Assembly: GCA_963838955.1 (NCBI GenBank)
Contig: CAWISZ010000001.1
Location: 24,027-88,026 of the forward strand
Length of the DNA stretch: 64,000 nucleotides
Direction of reading: 5' to 3'
DNA from: an uncultured Thermoplasmata archaeon
GTDB lineage: Archaea > Thermoplasmatota > Thermoplasmata > Lutacidiplasmatales > UBA184
Shown here: in pieces, positions 54,160 through 64,000 of the stretch
Position numbering within the stretch: the first letter of the stretch is position 1
Layout of the letters: each line of letters starts with the position of its first letter
The notes under the pieces: model-generated
Told to the model about the DNA's origin: nothing
The model's input: the letters and a program-made list of their open reading frames with translations, nothing else
The model's database searches: none
Made by a program: the position numbers and the translations under genes

Positions 54160-56157
54160 ATGGACCTGTCGATCCTGTTCGGTTGGGCGTTCCTCGTCCC
54201 GCTCCTCCCGGCGCTCGCTTTCGTGATCGTCGGGGTCTTCGGCCAGCGCCTCGGACGGCTCGAGCACGGTGGCTGGATCGCGGTCATCCTCTCCGGGGCG
54301 GCGATGGTGCTCGGGGTCCTCATCGCGGTCGGCGAGATGCTCGACCCGAATACGTACACCGATGTCAGCTTCACGTGGTTCCACGTCGGCGCATCCGGTC
54401 CGTTCGCCAACGGGGTCTCCTTCGTCGTCGGGACGCTCGTCGACCCGATCTCCGCGTTGATGCTCATCGTCGTCACGGTCGTCGGCTTCCTCGTGATGTT
54501 GTACTCCGTCGGGTACATGCACCACGACGAGGGCCTCCCCCGGTACTACGCGCTGCTCTCGCTGTTCCTGACGGCGATGCTGGGGGTGGTCCTCTCGGAC
54601 AATCTGCTCGAATTCTTCCTCTTCTGGGAGCTCGTCGGCGTCTGCTCGTACTTCCTCATCGGGTTCTACTGGCGTAAACCGAGCGCTTCGAGCGCGGCGA
54701 AGGAGGCGTTCCTCGTCACGCGGATCGGCGACGTGATGTTCCTTCTCGGGATTTTCATCTACTTCTCCGTGTACGCGATGACCGGTCCGAACGGCGGCTG
54801 GGCCGCGAACGGCTTCCTGTTCGTCAACGGAAACACCTCGTTCATCCCGATCGGCGCCCCCGGGAACTCTACGTTACTCACGGTCGCCGGCATCATGCTG
54901 CTCGGGGGAGCGGCGGGCAAGAGCGCCCAGTTCCCGCTCGACGTGTGGCTCCCGGATGCGATGGAAGGTCCCACGACGGTCTCGGCCCTCATTCACGCCG
55001 CGACGATGGTCGCCGCCGGCGTCTATCTGCTCGTCGTGGGAAGCATCTTCCTCGGTGGATACACCTCGATCGTCCTCTTCGCGATCGTGGCGGTCGGAGG
55101 GTTCACCACCTTCTACGCGGCGACGATGGCCGTCGTCAACACCGACATCAAACGCGTGATCGCGTACTCGACGATCAGCCAGCTCGGCTACATGGTCCTC
55201 GCCGTCGGGGCCGGCTTCGCGATGGTGGGTCTGTATCAGTTGTTCACGCACGCATTCTTCAAGGCGCTCTTGTTCCTCGCCGCCGGCGCGATCATCCACA
55301 CCATCGTCACGCAGGACCTGTTCAAGATGGGCGGTCTCGCGAAGAAGATGCGGTACACCTCGATCGCGTTTTTAATCGGCGCGCTCGCGCTCTCGGGGAT
55401 CCCGCCGTTCGCCGGTTTCTGGAGCAAGGACGACGTCCTCGCTTCGGTGTATAGCCAGCTCGACGCGCATCCGGAGTACTGGCCGTTCTTCCTCCTCGCT
55501 TTCGTGACGGTCTTCCTGACGGCCTACTACATCTTCCGGGTCTACTTCCTCGCATTCTCCGGCGAACGTACGCGCGATCCGACGCTGCCCGAGGCGCACG
55601 AGGTCCCGTGGGTGATGCTCGTCCCGATGCTGGTCCTCGCCGGCTTCGCGGTCGTCGCCGGCCTCTTCGCCTTCGTCCCGAGCTTCGCGACGCTCTTCAC
55701 GGGGGTCCCCGGCCTCGCTTCCAACGTACCCCCAACGTACGGGACGACCGACATCCTCCTCTCGGCGATCTCGGTAACGCTCGCCGGTGCGGGGATCGTC
55801 CTCGCCTGGGTCCTGTGGGGGAACGGCCGCGTCTACGAGCTCCGGGCGAGCTCGCCCGCGCATTCGATCCGCAACCTTCTCCTCGCCCGGTACCACGTCA
55901 AGGCCGCGTACGACTGGGTCGGGATGGTCGGCATGTACACGGTCGCCCGGGCGGCCGATTTCTTCGACCGGTTCGTGATCGACGGTGCGGTGAAGGGCTT
56001 CGAGCGTTCGTTCCGCTCGATGAGCGACGGGATGCGCCGGATCCAAACGGGGCTCGTCTCCGACTATGCCGCGTACATCGTGGCCGGGGTCGTGGCGGTG
56101 TTCGTCCTCCTGCTGTTCGTCGCGCCGTACCTCGCGTCGTTGTTCGGAGGCGGCTAG
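54160..56157 (+). CDS. nuoL: Complex I-like subunit L
   Basis: FWELVGVCSYFLIGF, GKSAQFPL..WLPDAMEGPTTVSALIHAATMV, HAFFKALLFL. Confidence 0.95.
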   Translation: MDLSILFGWAFLVPLLPALAFVIVGVFGQRLGRLEHGGWIAVILSGAAMVLGVLIAVGEMLDPNTYTDVSFTWFHVGASGPFANGVSFVVGTLVDPISALMLIVVTVVGFLVMLYSVGYMHHDEGLPRYYALLSLFLTAMLGVVLSDNLLEFFLFWELVGVCSYFLIGFYWRKPSASSAAKEAFLVTRIGDVMFLLGIFIYFSVYAMTGPNGGWAANGFLFVNGNTSFIPIGAPGNSTLLTVAGIMLLGGAAGKSAQFPLDVWLPDAMEGPTTVSALIHAATMVAAGVYLLVVGSIFLGGYTSIVLFAIVAVGGFTTFYAATMAVVNTDIKRVIAYSTISQLGYMVLAVGAGFAMVGLYQLFTHAFFKALLFLAAGAIIHTIVTQDLFKMGGLAKKMRYTSIAFLIGALALSGIPPFAGFWSKDDVLASVYSQLDAHPEYWPFFLLAFVTVFLTAYYIFRVYFLAFSGERTRDPTLPEAHEVPWVMLVPMLVLAGFAVVAGLFAFVPSFATLFTGVPGLASNVPPTYGTTDILLSAISVTLAGAGIVLAWVLWGNGRVYELRASSPAHSIRNLLLARYHVKAAYDWVGMVGMYTVARAADFFDRFVIDGAVKGFERSFRSMSDGMRRIQTGLVSDYAAYIVAGVVAVFVLLLFVAPYLASLFGGG

Positions 56158-57642
56158 ATGGATTTCTCGACCGTCCCGATCATACCGATCACCCTCGGCA
56201 CGCTCGTCGCGGGCACCGTGCTCACCTTCGCGAGCGGTCGATGGGCCCGCTGGGTGGCGCTCGCGACCTCGGTGCTCTTCCTTCTCGAGATCGGGCTGAT
56301 GTTCCTCGGCTACCAGAGCTGGCCGGGTCGCTCGAGCTCGCTCGTTCCGCAGTTCGGGGAGTACCAGTCGTACTCCTGGATTAGCCTGCCCTGGTTGCAG
56401 ATCAATTTCACGGTGGGGATCGACGGGATCTCGCTGATCCTGATCCTCCTGACCGGGTTCCTCCAGATTGCGACGGTCGTGTACACCTGGAACGAGACGA
56501 AGCGTCCGGCCGCGTGGTTCGGCCTCGTCCTAATGACGTGCCTCGGAAGCTTCGGGGTCTTCGTCGCCCTCGACATCCTCCTGTTCTTCCTGTTCTGGGA
56601 AGCGGTCCTGATACCGATGTTCTTCATCATCGGCTATTGGGGCGGCCCCAACCGTCGGTATGCGGCATTCAAGTTCTTCGTCTACACCCACGTGGCGTCG
56701 ATCGTCATGCTCATCGGCCTGTTGGCCCTCGTCTTCTACTCCGGGGCCAGTTCGTTCGACTTCTCCTCGATCTACGCCGCGGCGCAAGGCCTCACCGGGA
56801 TCGTACCGGTCGTGCTCTTCCTCTCGCTGTTCTTCGGCTTCGGGGTCAAGTTCCCGATCGTCCCGTTCCACACGTGGCTGCCCGACGCGCATGTCGAAGC
56901 ACCGACGGGAGGCTCGGTGCTCCTCGCCGGGCTCCTGCTAAAGCTGGGAGGATACGGGCTGATCCGGTGGGCGGTGATCATCCTGCCGAACACCCTGACC
57001 CAGGTCGATCCGATCCTGTTCTTCGTCGCGTTCCTATCGATCGTCTGGGGAGCCGTGCTCTCGCTCTCGCAGCGCGATCTGAAGCGAATGATCGCCTACT
57101 CCTCGATCAACCACATGGGGATCGTCCTCCTCGCGATCTCCCTGAACTCGGCCCTCGGGCTCACGGCGGCGGTGCTGCTCATGTTCGCCCACGGCGTCGT
57201 CAGCGCGCTGTTGTTCATGGGGGCGGGGACGTTCCACCACACCTACGGGACGCGCGACATCCCGAGCGTGGGCGGCATCAACTCGCGAACGCCGATCCTC
57301 GCATCGCTGATCATGATCGGCAGCTTAGCGTCGCTCGGGTTACCGGCACTGATCAGCTTCCCGGCCGAGTTCGCGGCCCTGCTCGCCACGTGGGACGGAC
57401 TTACGTACCTCGTGCTGATCCCGCTGATCGCGCTCGTCGTGACCGCCGCCTTCTACATCTGGATGATGCAGCGCGTGCTGTTCGGTCCGCCCAAGGGGAT
57501 CCCGGACGACGCCCACGACGTCCCGCCGACCGAGGGGCTGGGGATAGGGATGCTCGCCGCGCTCACCGTCATTTTTGGGGTGTTGCCGTTCCTGCTGGTG
57601 AGCGTGATCACGATGTCGCCGATCACCGGGTGGCACGGATGA
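56158..57642 (+). CDS. nuoM: Complex I-like subunit M
   Basis: GIDGIS, FWEAVLIPM, PFHTWLPDAHVEAPTGGS, IAYSSINHMG. Confidence 0.95.
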   Translation: MDFSTVPIIPITLGTLVAGTVLTFASGRWARWVALATSVLFLLEIGLMFLGYQSWPGRSSSLVPQFGEYQSYSWISLPWLQINFTVGIDGISLILILLTGFLQIATVVYTWNETKRPAAWFGLVLMTCLGSFGVFVALDILLFFLFWEAVLIPMFFIIGYWGGPNRRYAAFKFFVYTHVASIVMLIGLLALVFYSGASSFDFSSIYAAAQGLTGIVPVVLFLSLFFGFGVKFPIVPFHTWLPDAHVEAPTGGSVLLAGLLLKLGGYGLIRWAVIILPNTLTQVDPILFFVAFLSIVWGAVLSLSQRDLKRMIAYSSINHMGIVLLAISLNSALGLTAAVLLMFAHGVVSALLFMGAGTFHHTYGTRDIPSVGGINSRTPILASLIMIGSLASLGLPALISFPAEFAALLATWDGLTYLVLIPLIALVVTAAFYIWMMQRVLFGPPKGIPDDAHDVPPTEGLGIGMLAALTVIFGVLPFLLVSVITMSPITGWHG

Positions 57643-57655
57643 AGGGAGGCGCTCG

Positions 57656-59257
57656 ATGACCTTCGCGGCCTTCGCGCTCCCCTTCCTCCCGGAGATCTTC
57701 GTCCTGGTGGGCGTGTTGCTCGTGCTCGTTCTCGACGTCATCGGCGTCCGGCGGATCGAGGTGTTCGGATCGATCACGGTCGGGGCGACGCTCCTCGCGC
57801 TCGTGTTCGTGATCGCGGATCTCGGGTTCCTCCCGTTCGCGGCGCTGGCGACCGTCCCCTCGGGCCAGATCGACATCCCGCTCGCCGTGGTCGGCACTCC
57901 GCTCTACTCGTTCACGAGCCTCGGGTTCGTCTTCCAGGCGATCTTCCTTTCGGCGACCTTGCTCGTCAGCCTCGCCTCGATGAGCCGACCGAGCCACGAG
58001 AAGGGCGCGGCGGTCTTCTATGCGCTCGTCGGGATGGCCACGCTCGGCATGCTTCTCGTGGGCATCGCCTCCGACCTGATCTTCCTGCTCCTCGCGATCG
58101 AGGTGACGGCGATCTCGACGTACCTCCTCGTCGGCTACACGCGCCGGGATCCGCGCTCCCTCGAGGCCGCGATGAAATTCTACGTCATCGGCGCACTCTC
58201 GACGGTGATCAGCTTCTTCGGAGCGTCACTCCTCTTCGGCGCCTACGGGACGACGAACCTCGACGCCATCCGGAGCCTCGGGGGCGCCGTCGGCTATCCC
58301 ACCCTGGTCCTCCTCGGCTATGGCCTGTTGATCGCGGGGCTCGCGTTCAAGGTCACGCTGGTTCCGTTCCACGCCTGGGCCGTCGACGTGTACGACGGCG
58401 CCCCCTCGGACGTCTCGGCGTTCCTCGCCGGCGGGACGAAGAAGATCGGCCTGTTCGCGTTCTTCCTCGTATTCCTGGGGCCCGTGCTGTACTTTTCAAC
58501 GACCGGCACCACCAACCCGTTCAACGCCTCGACCACCTTGCCCCTCAACACCGGACCGATCTTCCAGATCGTGCTCGGAGTACTCGCGGTCGTGACGATG
58601 ACCGTGGGCAACGTCCTCGCGCTGATGCAGAAGGAGATGAAGCGGATGCTCGCCTACTCTTCGATCAGCCAGGTGGGGTACATGATGATCGGCATCGTGA
58701 TCGGCACGTCGCCGGCGATCGCCGGGGCGACGCTGCAGATCTTCTCCCACACGTTCATGAAGACCGGGGCCTTCCTGGTCGTCGCGGCGGTCGCGAGCCT
58801 CGGGATCGGCCCGCTCATCTCCGACTGGAAGGGCCTCGGCCAGCGTCGCCCGTGGCTGAGCGTCGCCTTCGCGCTGATCCTCCTGAGCCTCGCCGGCGTG
58901 CCGCTCACGATCGGTTTCGTGTCGAAGTTCGTTCTGTTCAGCTCGGCGGTCCAGGCGCAAGGGTACTTCGTCTGGCTCGCGGTCGCCGGGCTCCTGAACA
59001 GCGCGCTCTCCGTATTCTACTACGGGCGGGTCCTGAAGGTGATGTACTTTGACCCGCCGGATCCCGTCGTGGAGGCACCCGAGGCGAGCCCCACCGCGCC
59101 GCGGCCCGAACGGCTGGCCGTCGGCGGGCTCGGGTACGCCCGCGCGGGCACGATCGCCCTCATCGCCGTCGTCATCGTTGCCTTCGGCATCTACCCTCAG
59201 GTGATCCTCGGCCCGATCCAAGGCGCTGCCCAGCACTTCCTCCTCGCCGGACCGTGA
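57656..59257 (+). CDS. nuoN: Complex I-like subunit N
   Basis: EAAMKFY, FKVTLVPFHAWAVDVYDGAP, KRMLAYSSI, LAGVPLT.GF..KF. Confidence 0.95.
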   Translation: MTFAAFALPFLPEIFVLVGVLLVLVLDVIGVRRIEVFGSITVGATLLALVFVIADLGFLPFAALATVPSGQIDIPLAVVGTPLYSFTSLGFVFQAIFLSATLLVSLASMSRPSHEKGAAVFYALVGMATLGMLLVGIASDLIFLLLAIEVTAISTYLLVGYTRRDPRSLEAAMKFYVIGALSTVISFFGASLLFGAYGTTNLDAIRSLGGAVGYPTLVLLGYGLLIAGLAFKVTLVPFHAWAVDVYDGAPSDVSAFLAGGTKKIGLFAFFLVFLGPVLYFSTTGTTNPFNASTTLPLNTGPIFQIVLGVLAVVTMTVGNVLALMQKEMKRMLAYSSISQVGYMMIGIVIGTSPAIAGATLQIFSHTFMKTGAFLVVAAVASLGIGPLISDWKGLGQRRPWLSVAFALILLSLAGVPLTIGFVSKFVLFSSAVQAQGYFVWLAVAGLLNSALSVFYYGRVLKVMYFDPPDPVVEAPEASPTAPRPERLAVGGLGYARAGTIALIAVVIVAFGIYPQVILGPIQGAAQHFLLAGP

Positions 59258-60362
59258 GCCCGATGGAGGAGTTCGACGTAGTCGTTGTCGGAGCCGGGCC
59301 CGCCGGGTCCCTCGCGGCGCGCGCCGCGGCCGAATCCGGTGCGAGGACCCTTCTCCTCGACCGCCGCACCGAGCTCGGAGAGCCCGTCCAGTGCGGGGAG
59401 TTCCTGCCCACCCCCGGCGAGCTTGCGGATATCTTCCACGCCCCGGAGCTGATCGAGCGGGCCTTCCAGATCCCTCCGGAGACGATCCTCCAAGAGACCC
59501 ACTGGATGGCGTGCATCTCTCCGTCCGGCCACCGGTTCCGTTTCCCGCTCGCCGGCTACATGGTCTCTCGGCGAGCCTTCGACAAGGCCCTCGCCCACGC
59601 CGCCGAGGGTGCCGGGGCCGACCTGCGCTACCCGGTCGGGGTCGCCCGAGTGAGCGGTGATCGGGTCGAGATGGTGAACGGCACGACCGTCCGGGCGAAG
59701 GTCGTCATCGGCGCAGACGGTCCGACCTCCACCGTCGCGCGCTCCGTCGGATTTGTGCCGTCCCGCGAGATGTTCCGCATGATCACTGCGACCGTCGACG
59801 GAGGCGGGGGCGACGAGATCGATCTGTACTTCGGTCGCTCGGCGCCGGGGGGTACGCCTGGTCGTTCCCCCGCTCGACCGACGCCAACGTCGGCCTCGGG
59901 GTCACGGAACTGCCGCGCGGCGCGTCGCTCAGTTCGCTGCTCGACCGCTTCCTCGAGCGCGAGGGACTCGGCGTCGCTCGCGAGCGGACCCGATGGTGGG
60001 TGCCGATCGGCCCTCCGCCCGATACGCTCGTGTTCGGTCGGACCCTGTTCTGTGGGGATGCCGCGAACCTCGTCATGGCCACCAACGGAGGCGGGATCCC
60101 GACCGCGATGCTCAGCGGATGGCTCGCGGGCGGTGCGGCCGCGCGGCACGCCCGGAATGGGGCGCCGCTTTCCGAGTACGACCTCGCATGGCGCTCGGTA
60201 CTCGCCCCTCCCCTCGCCCGGGGGCACCGGATCAAAGAGACGACCGACCGGATCGTCCGTTCGGACCTCGCCTTGACGCTGGGAATGAGATATATCGGTG
60301 CGTCGGGGTTGGATGCCGTGATGCGCCTGCGCTGGCCCCGCCGCCTCGGGAGGGCTTCGTGA
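59254..60362 (+). CDS. Geranylgeranyl reductase-family prenyl reductase with an apparent frameshift at the G-run 59847-59852
   Basis: DVVVVGAGPAG, PVQCGE, IGADG. One extra G restores APGGYAWSFP and joins GDAANLVMATNGGGIPTAM...TGA 60362. Confidence 0.85.
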
Positions 60363-61423
60363 CGAGCAGTCATCCAATTCCCGGCACCGGTATCGACTCT
60401 TCCTCCCTCGAGGCGGTCGTCCGCCAGACGATCGGCGCGGAGACCCTCGCCGAGATGTCGGCGCTCCTTCCGGTGCTCGTCCGCGATCTCGCGGACGTCG
60501 ATTGGCGGGTAGAACAGGCCCTGGGCTCGCAGTACTCCCAGCTGAGCGAGGCCGCCCGTTACGCATGCTCCACCGGCGGCAAGCGCGTGCGGCCGCTCCT
60601 CATGGCGACGATGGCCCGCGCCCTCGGTGCCACCACGACGCAGCCACTCCTGTCGCTCGCCGCCGCCTTCCAACTCATCCACACCGCGAGCCTCGTGCAC
60701 GACGATGTCATCGATCACGCCGACCTGCGACGCGGAAGACCGTCGATGCCGCGGGCGTACGGGACCGCGCTCGCGATCATCACCGGCGATTATCTGTTCG
60801 TTCGCGCCTTCGAGCTCGCGGCCGAGTACCCGAGACCGATCATCGTCCGGTGCGGCGCGGCCTGCGCGGAACTGGTCGAAGGGGAGGTGCTCCAGGAGAA
60901 TACGCTGTTCGATCTCGCTTCGGGCCGGGAGCACTACTTCCGCGTGGTCGAGCGGAAGACCGCCTCGATCGTGGCCGCGGCGCTATCGTCGGTCGCCGAG
61001 CTCTCCGGAGCACCCCAATCGACGGTCGACGCGGCCGGCACGTACGGCCGGTCGCTGGGCATCTCCTTCCAGATCCGGGACGATCTGTTGGATGTCTACG
61101 GGGACCCGGACCTTCTCGGCAAGCCGCTCTATGCAGACTTCCGGGAGGGGATCCCCACCCTCGTCGCGATCGAGACGTACGCCCGGCTCGACCCGAAGCG
61201 GCAGACCGAGTTCGAGCGCCTGTTCCAGCGACGGCACAAGAAGGCCAGCCATCTGTTGCGCATGCACGAGCTCGCCGATGCGGCGGGGGTCCGGGAGCCG
61301 ATCGCTCTCGAATCCGAGCTCTGGGCCGAGCGCGCGATCCGGGCGCTCGCCCCCGTGCCGGCCGGCCCCTATCGCGTCCTGCTCGAGCGATTGGCCCACG
61401 GGGCCGCCGAGCGCCAGTTCTGA
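60359..61423 (+). CDS. trans-Polyprenyl diphosphate synthase, probably long-chain
   Basis: GGKRVRP, TASLVHDDVID..RRGRP, KTA, FQIRDDLLD, GKP..D..EG. GTGA overlap with the reductase. Confidence 0.9.
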   Translation: MTSSHPIPGTGIDSSSLEAVVRQTIGAETLAEMSALLPVLVRDLADVDWRVEQALGSQYSQLSEAARYACSTGGKRVRPLLMATMARALGATTTQPLLSLAAAFQLIHTASLVHDDVIDHADLRRGRPSMPRAYGTALAIITGDYLFVRAFELAAEYPRPIIVRCGAACAELVEGEVLQENTLFDLASGREHYFRVVERKTASIVAAALSSVAELSGAPQSTVDAAGTYGRSLGISFQIRDDLLDVYGDPDLLGKPLYADFREGIPTLVAIETYARLDPKRQTEFERLFQRRHKKASHLLRMHELADAAGVREPIALESELWAERAIRALAPVPAGPYRVLLERLAHGAAERQF

Positions 61424-61492
61424 GCGTTCCGTTGGAGCGAAACCTACATAGTCGCCTCGGCCGCATCGAACGGCTCGGACGGGACCGCAACG

Positions 61493-61948
61493 ATGTCTCC
61501 GGCAGCCCACGGTACGGTCCAGGAATTCGACCATCTCCCGGAGTCCTGGGAGACGTTCGCCCACGTCCCGCGCCGCCCGATCGGGGTGGCGGTGCTCTCG
61601 GCCCTGATCGCCGCGGCGAGTATGCTCGCCATCGTGGGGGCGGCCTTCTTCCTGGTTTCTCAGTACCTGGGAGGGGCAACGCCCTCGAGCGTCCTACCCG
61701 CCCCGTTCGACTTCGCCGGCATCCTCGCCGGGCCGTTCGGGGCGATGATCACCCTCGTCGTGGGTGGGGTCGGCCTCGGAGTGGCGACCAGCCTGTGGCG
61801 CCAGGAGGTCTGGGCGCTATGGACGATCACGGCGTTCGCGTTCGCCGGGGTCGCCTACCTCGTCGTGATGGGGTCCTTCACGGTGCTCCTCGTGCTGCTC
61901 GGGATCCTGGTGGTCTACATGCTCGCCGTGCGACGCTACTTCTACTGA
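61493..61948 (+). CDS. Hypothetical four-TM membrane protein
   Basis: RRPIGVAVL followed by hydrophobic helices, ending VRRYFY. Confidence 0.75.
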   Translation: MSPAAHGTVQEFDHLPESWETFAHVPRRPIGVAVLSALIAAASMLAIVGAAFFLVSQYLGGATPSSVLPAPFDFAGILAGPFGAMITLVVGGVGLGVATSLWRQEVWALWTITAFAFAGVAYLVVMGSFTVLLVLLGILVVYMLAVRRYFY

Positions 61949-62028
61949 CTGCGCGGCGCCGCCCTCCGGCCGAGCGGCGTTCGACTCCAACCTTGGACTT
62001 ATAGAGGTCTCCCGCGACTCCAACTCTC

Positions 62029-64000
62029 GTGGCCCCGGCCCGATCCATCGCCGAGCAGTTGGCGTCGAAGCAGCGCGAGATCTCGGTCGCCGAGTTCTTC
62101 GAGCGGAACCGCCAGATCCTCGGCTTCGACAACCCCCAACGCTCCCTCCTGACGACGGTCAAGGAGGCCGTCGATAACGGCCTGGACGCGGCGGAGGAAG
62201 CGGGGATCCTGCCCGACCTCCGGGTGGAGATCTCGAAGGAAGGAGAGAGCGGCGATCGGCTGCGGGTCGCGGTGGAGGACAACGGTCCGGGGATCGTGCG
62301 CCGCGAGATCCCGAACGTCTTCGGTCGCCTGCTTTACGGCTCCCGCTTCCATTCGAACCGCCAGGCCCGCGGCCAGCAGGGGATCGGGATCTCGGCCGCG
62401 GTGCTCTACGCGGGCCTCACCACCGCGCGTCCGGCCCGAATCACCTCGAAGATCGCCGAGGAGGAGGGCGCGCGGGTGCTCGAACTCATCCTAGACACTC
62501 AGAAGAACCTCCCCCGCGTCCTTTCCGAAGAAGTAACGTTGTGGGATCGGGAGCACGGCACGCGCATCGAGCTCGTGCTGAAGGCGAAGTACGTCCGCGG
62601 ACGCCAGTCCCCCCTCGAGTACCTCCGCGGAACCGCCATCGTCAACCCCCACGCTCGGATCGTGCTCGTCGAGCCGGACGGGACCAAGATCACGTTCGAG
62701 CGCGCGACGAGCGAACTGCCGCCGATCTCGAAGGAGACGCTGCCCCACCCGTACGGCCTCGAGCTCGGAGAGCTCGGCTACCTGCTCAAGGCCTCCAAGC
62801 GCGAGAACATCCGCGAGATGCTCTCCCGCGATCTCGCCGGCGTCAGCGTGCGCGCCTCCCGCGAGGTCGTGGCCGCTGCCGGCCTCCGGGGGACCGAAGC
62901 CCCGGGATCGCTCTCGGGGGAAGCCCAGGAGAAGCTCCTCGCGGGCCTCCGCGCCGTGGAGCTGGTGGCCCCCTCCGCGGAGGGTCTCTCCCCCATTGGC
63001 CCGATGCTCATCAAGCGCGGACTGCGCAACGTGCTCGGAGAGGTGCGCCCGGACTTCTTCGCCCCTCCCGTCAGCCGGCCGCCGAAGGTCCACGGCGGAT
63101 TCCCGTTCCTGGTCGAGGTCGGTCTCGTGTACGGCGGCGGGCTACCGGCCGACCAGCCGCTGCAGCTCCTTCGGTTCGCCAACCGGGTCCCTCTGCTCTT
63201 CCAGCAGGGAGCCTGCGCCATTACCAACGCCGTGGGGTCGATCGACTGGAGGCGCTACGGCCTCGACCAGAAGGGAGGGAGCGGTCTTCCCACGGGGCCG
63301 TGTCTACTGCTCGTGCACGTGGCGTCCACCAAGATCCCGTTCACGAGTGAGGCGAAGGAGGCGCTCGCCGAGGACGAGGACCTCGACCGGGAGCTGACGC
63401 TCGCGATCCAGGCGGCGGCGCGTCACTTGAAGAGCCACCTCTCCCGGGTCGGGCGACGCCAGTTCGCGAGCGACAAGTTCGCGATCATCCAGAAGATCCT
63501 GCCGCGGCTCGCGGAGAAGGCGAGCCGCCTGATCGACGAGCCCGTTCCCGACCTCGCTCCCGTGATCACGAAGATCATGGACGTCGTGACGCTCGCGCCG
63601 AAGGTCCTCCGCGAGGGCCGCTCGGTGCGGGCGACCGTCGAGATCACGAACTACACCGCCCGGCCCCGGGTCCTCGAGGTGTTCCTGGAGGTCTACCCCT
63701 CGACGCTCGCGCTCGCCGAGTATACTCCCGCGCCCGAGGGGATCGACGCGGGACTGGGGCGAGCGTGGTGGACCCTCGAGAAGCTCGCCTCCAATGCGCG
63801 CACCCAGATCGAGATACGCTTCCCGGCGGGGACGGACGTCGAAGCCAACGACCTCGACTTCTACGTCGCCGGAGTGGACGAGGCCCATCTCCTCGGCGCG
63901 GACCCGCTCCCCGGTGACTGGGATGTCCGCCTTCCGCGCGCGATCATCGAAGCGGCCGAGGCGGCCGAAGCCACCCACATGGACGCCCACACGGACGAAG
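62029..64000 (+). CDS. top6B: DNA topoisomerase VI subunit B (3'-truncated by the window edge; absent from the ORF track)
   Basis: GTG 62029: [73 protein letters not shown] at about 61999. Confidence 0.95.
   Translation, partial: MAPARSIAEQLASKQREISVAEFFERNRQILGFDNPQRSLLTTVKEAVDNGLDAAEEAGILPDLRVEISKEGESGDRLRVAVEDNGPGIVRREIPNVFGRLLYGSRFHSNRQARGQQGIGISAAVLYAGLTTARPARITSKIAEEEGARVLELILDTQKNLPRVLSEEVTLWDREHGTRIELVLKAKYVRGRQSPLEYLRGTAIVNPHARIVLVEPDGTKITFERATSELPPISKETLPHPYGLELGELGYLLKASKRENIREMLSRDLAGVSVRASREVVAAAGLRGTEAPGSLSGEAQEKLLAGLRAVELVAPSAEGLSPIGPMLIKRGLRNVLGEVRPDFFAPPVSRPPKVHGGFPFLVEVGLVYGGGLPADQPLQLLRFANRVPLLFQQGACAITNAVGSIDWRRYGLDQKGGSGLPTGPCLLLVHVASTKIPFTSEAKEALAEDEDLDRELTLAIQAAARHLKSHLSRVGRRQFASDKFAIIQKILPRLAEKASRLIDEPVPDLAPVITKIMDVVTLAPKVLREGRSVRATVEITNYTARPRVLEVFLEVYPSTLALAEYTPAPEGIDAGLGRAWWTLEKLASNARTQIEIRFPAGTDVEANDLDFYVAGVDEAHLLGADPLPGDWDVRLPRAIIEAAEAAEATHMDAHTDE

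Noticed and set aside
1-64000. tRNA, rRNA, CRISPR arrays, prophage or defence genes
   Set aside because: I recognised none by eye. Intergenic gaps are short and lack T-loop/anticodon patterns, but a tRNAscan/Infernal run would be needed to exclude small RNAs.

Overview
High-GC archaeal chromosomal window. The gene content (archaeal tgtA, kae1, priS, fen, rio1/KH, PAC2, apgM, top6B, class III pilin, geranylgeranyl reductases, headless 11-subunit complex I) points to a Thermoplasmata lineage that has topoisomerase VI; this assignment is an inference from motifs only. Most of the window is densely packed housekeeping and metabolic genes. I found no rRNA, tRNA or CRISPR array. The most unusual locus is at 33.0-34.8 kb: a tandem ribbon-helix-helix protein resembling the archaeal cell-division regulator CdrS, followed by an FtsZ/tubulin-family protein that keeps the GTP-binding N-terminal domain but lacks the T7 loop and the whole C-terminal domain. 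This locus is flanked by a divergent pilin and a tiny membrane protein missing from the ORF track. Other points of interest are an IS4 (ISH8-like) element whose inverted repeats enclose a CcbP-like passenger gene, a long bactofilin-like beta-helix protein, a BlaI/M56-like peptidase/surface-protein operon, a 1271-aa surface protein with a cytoplasmic double zinc ribbon, and a complex I with a four-cluster NuoI coupled to a prenyl reductase and a long-chain prenyl synthase. Five single-base frameshifts at short base runs look like long-read errors.
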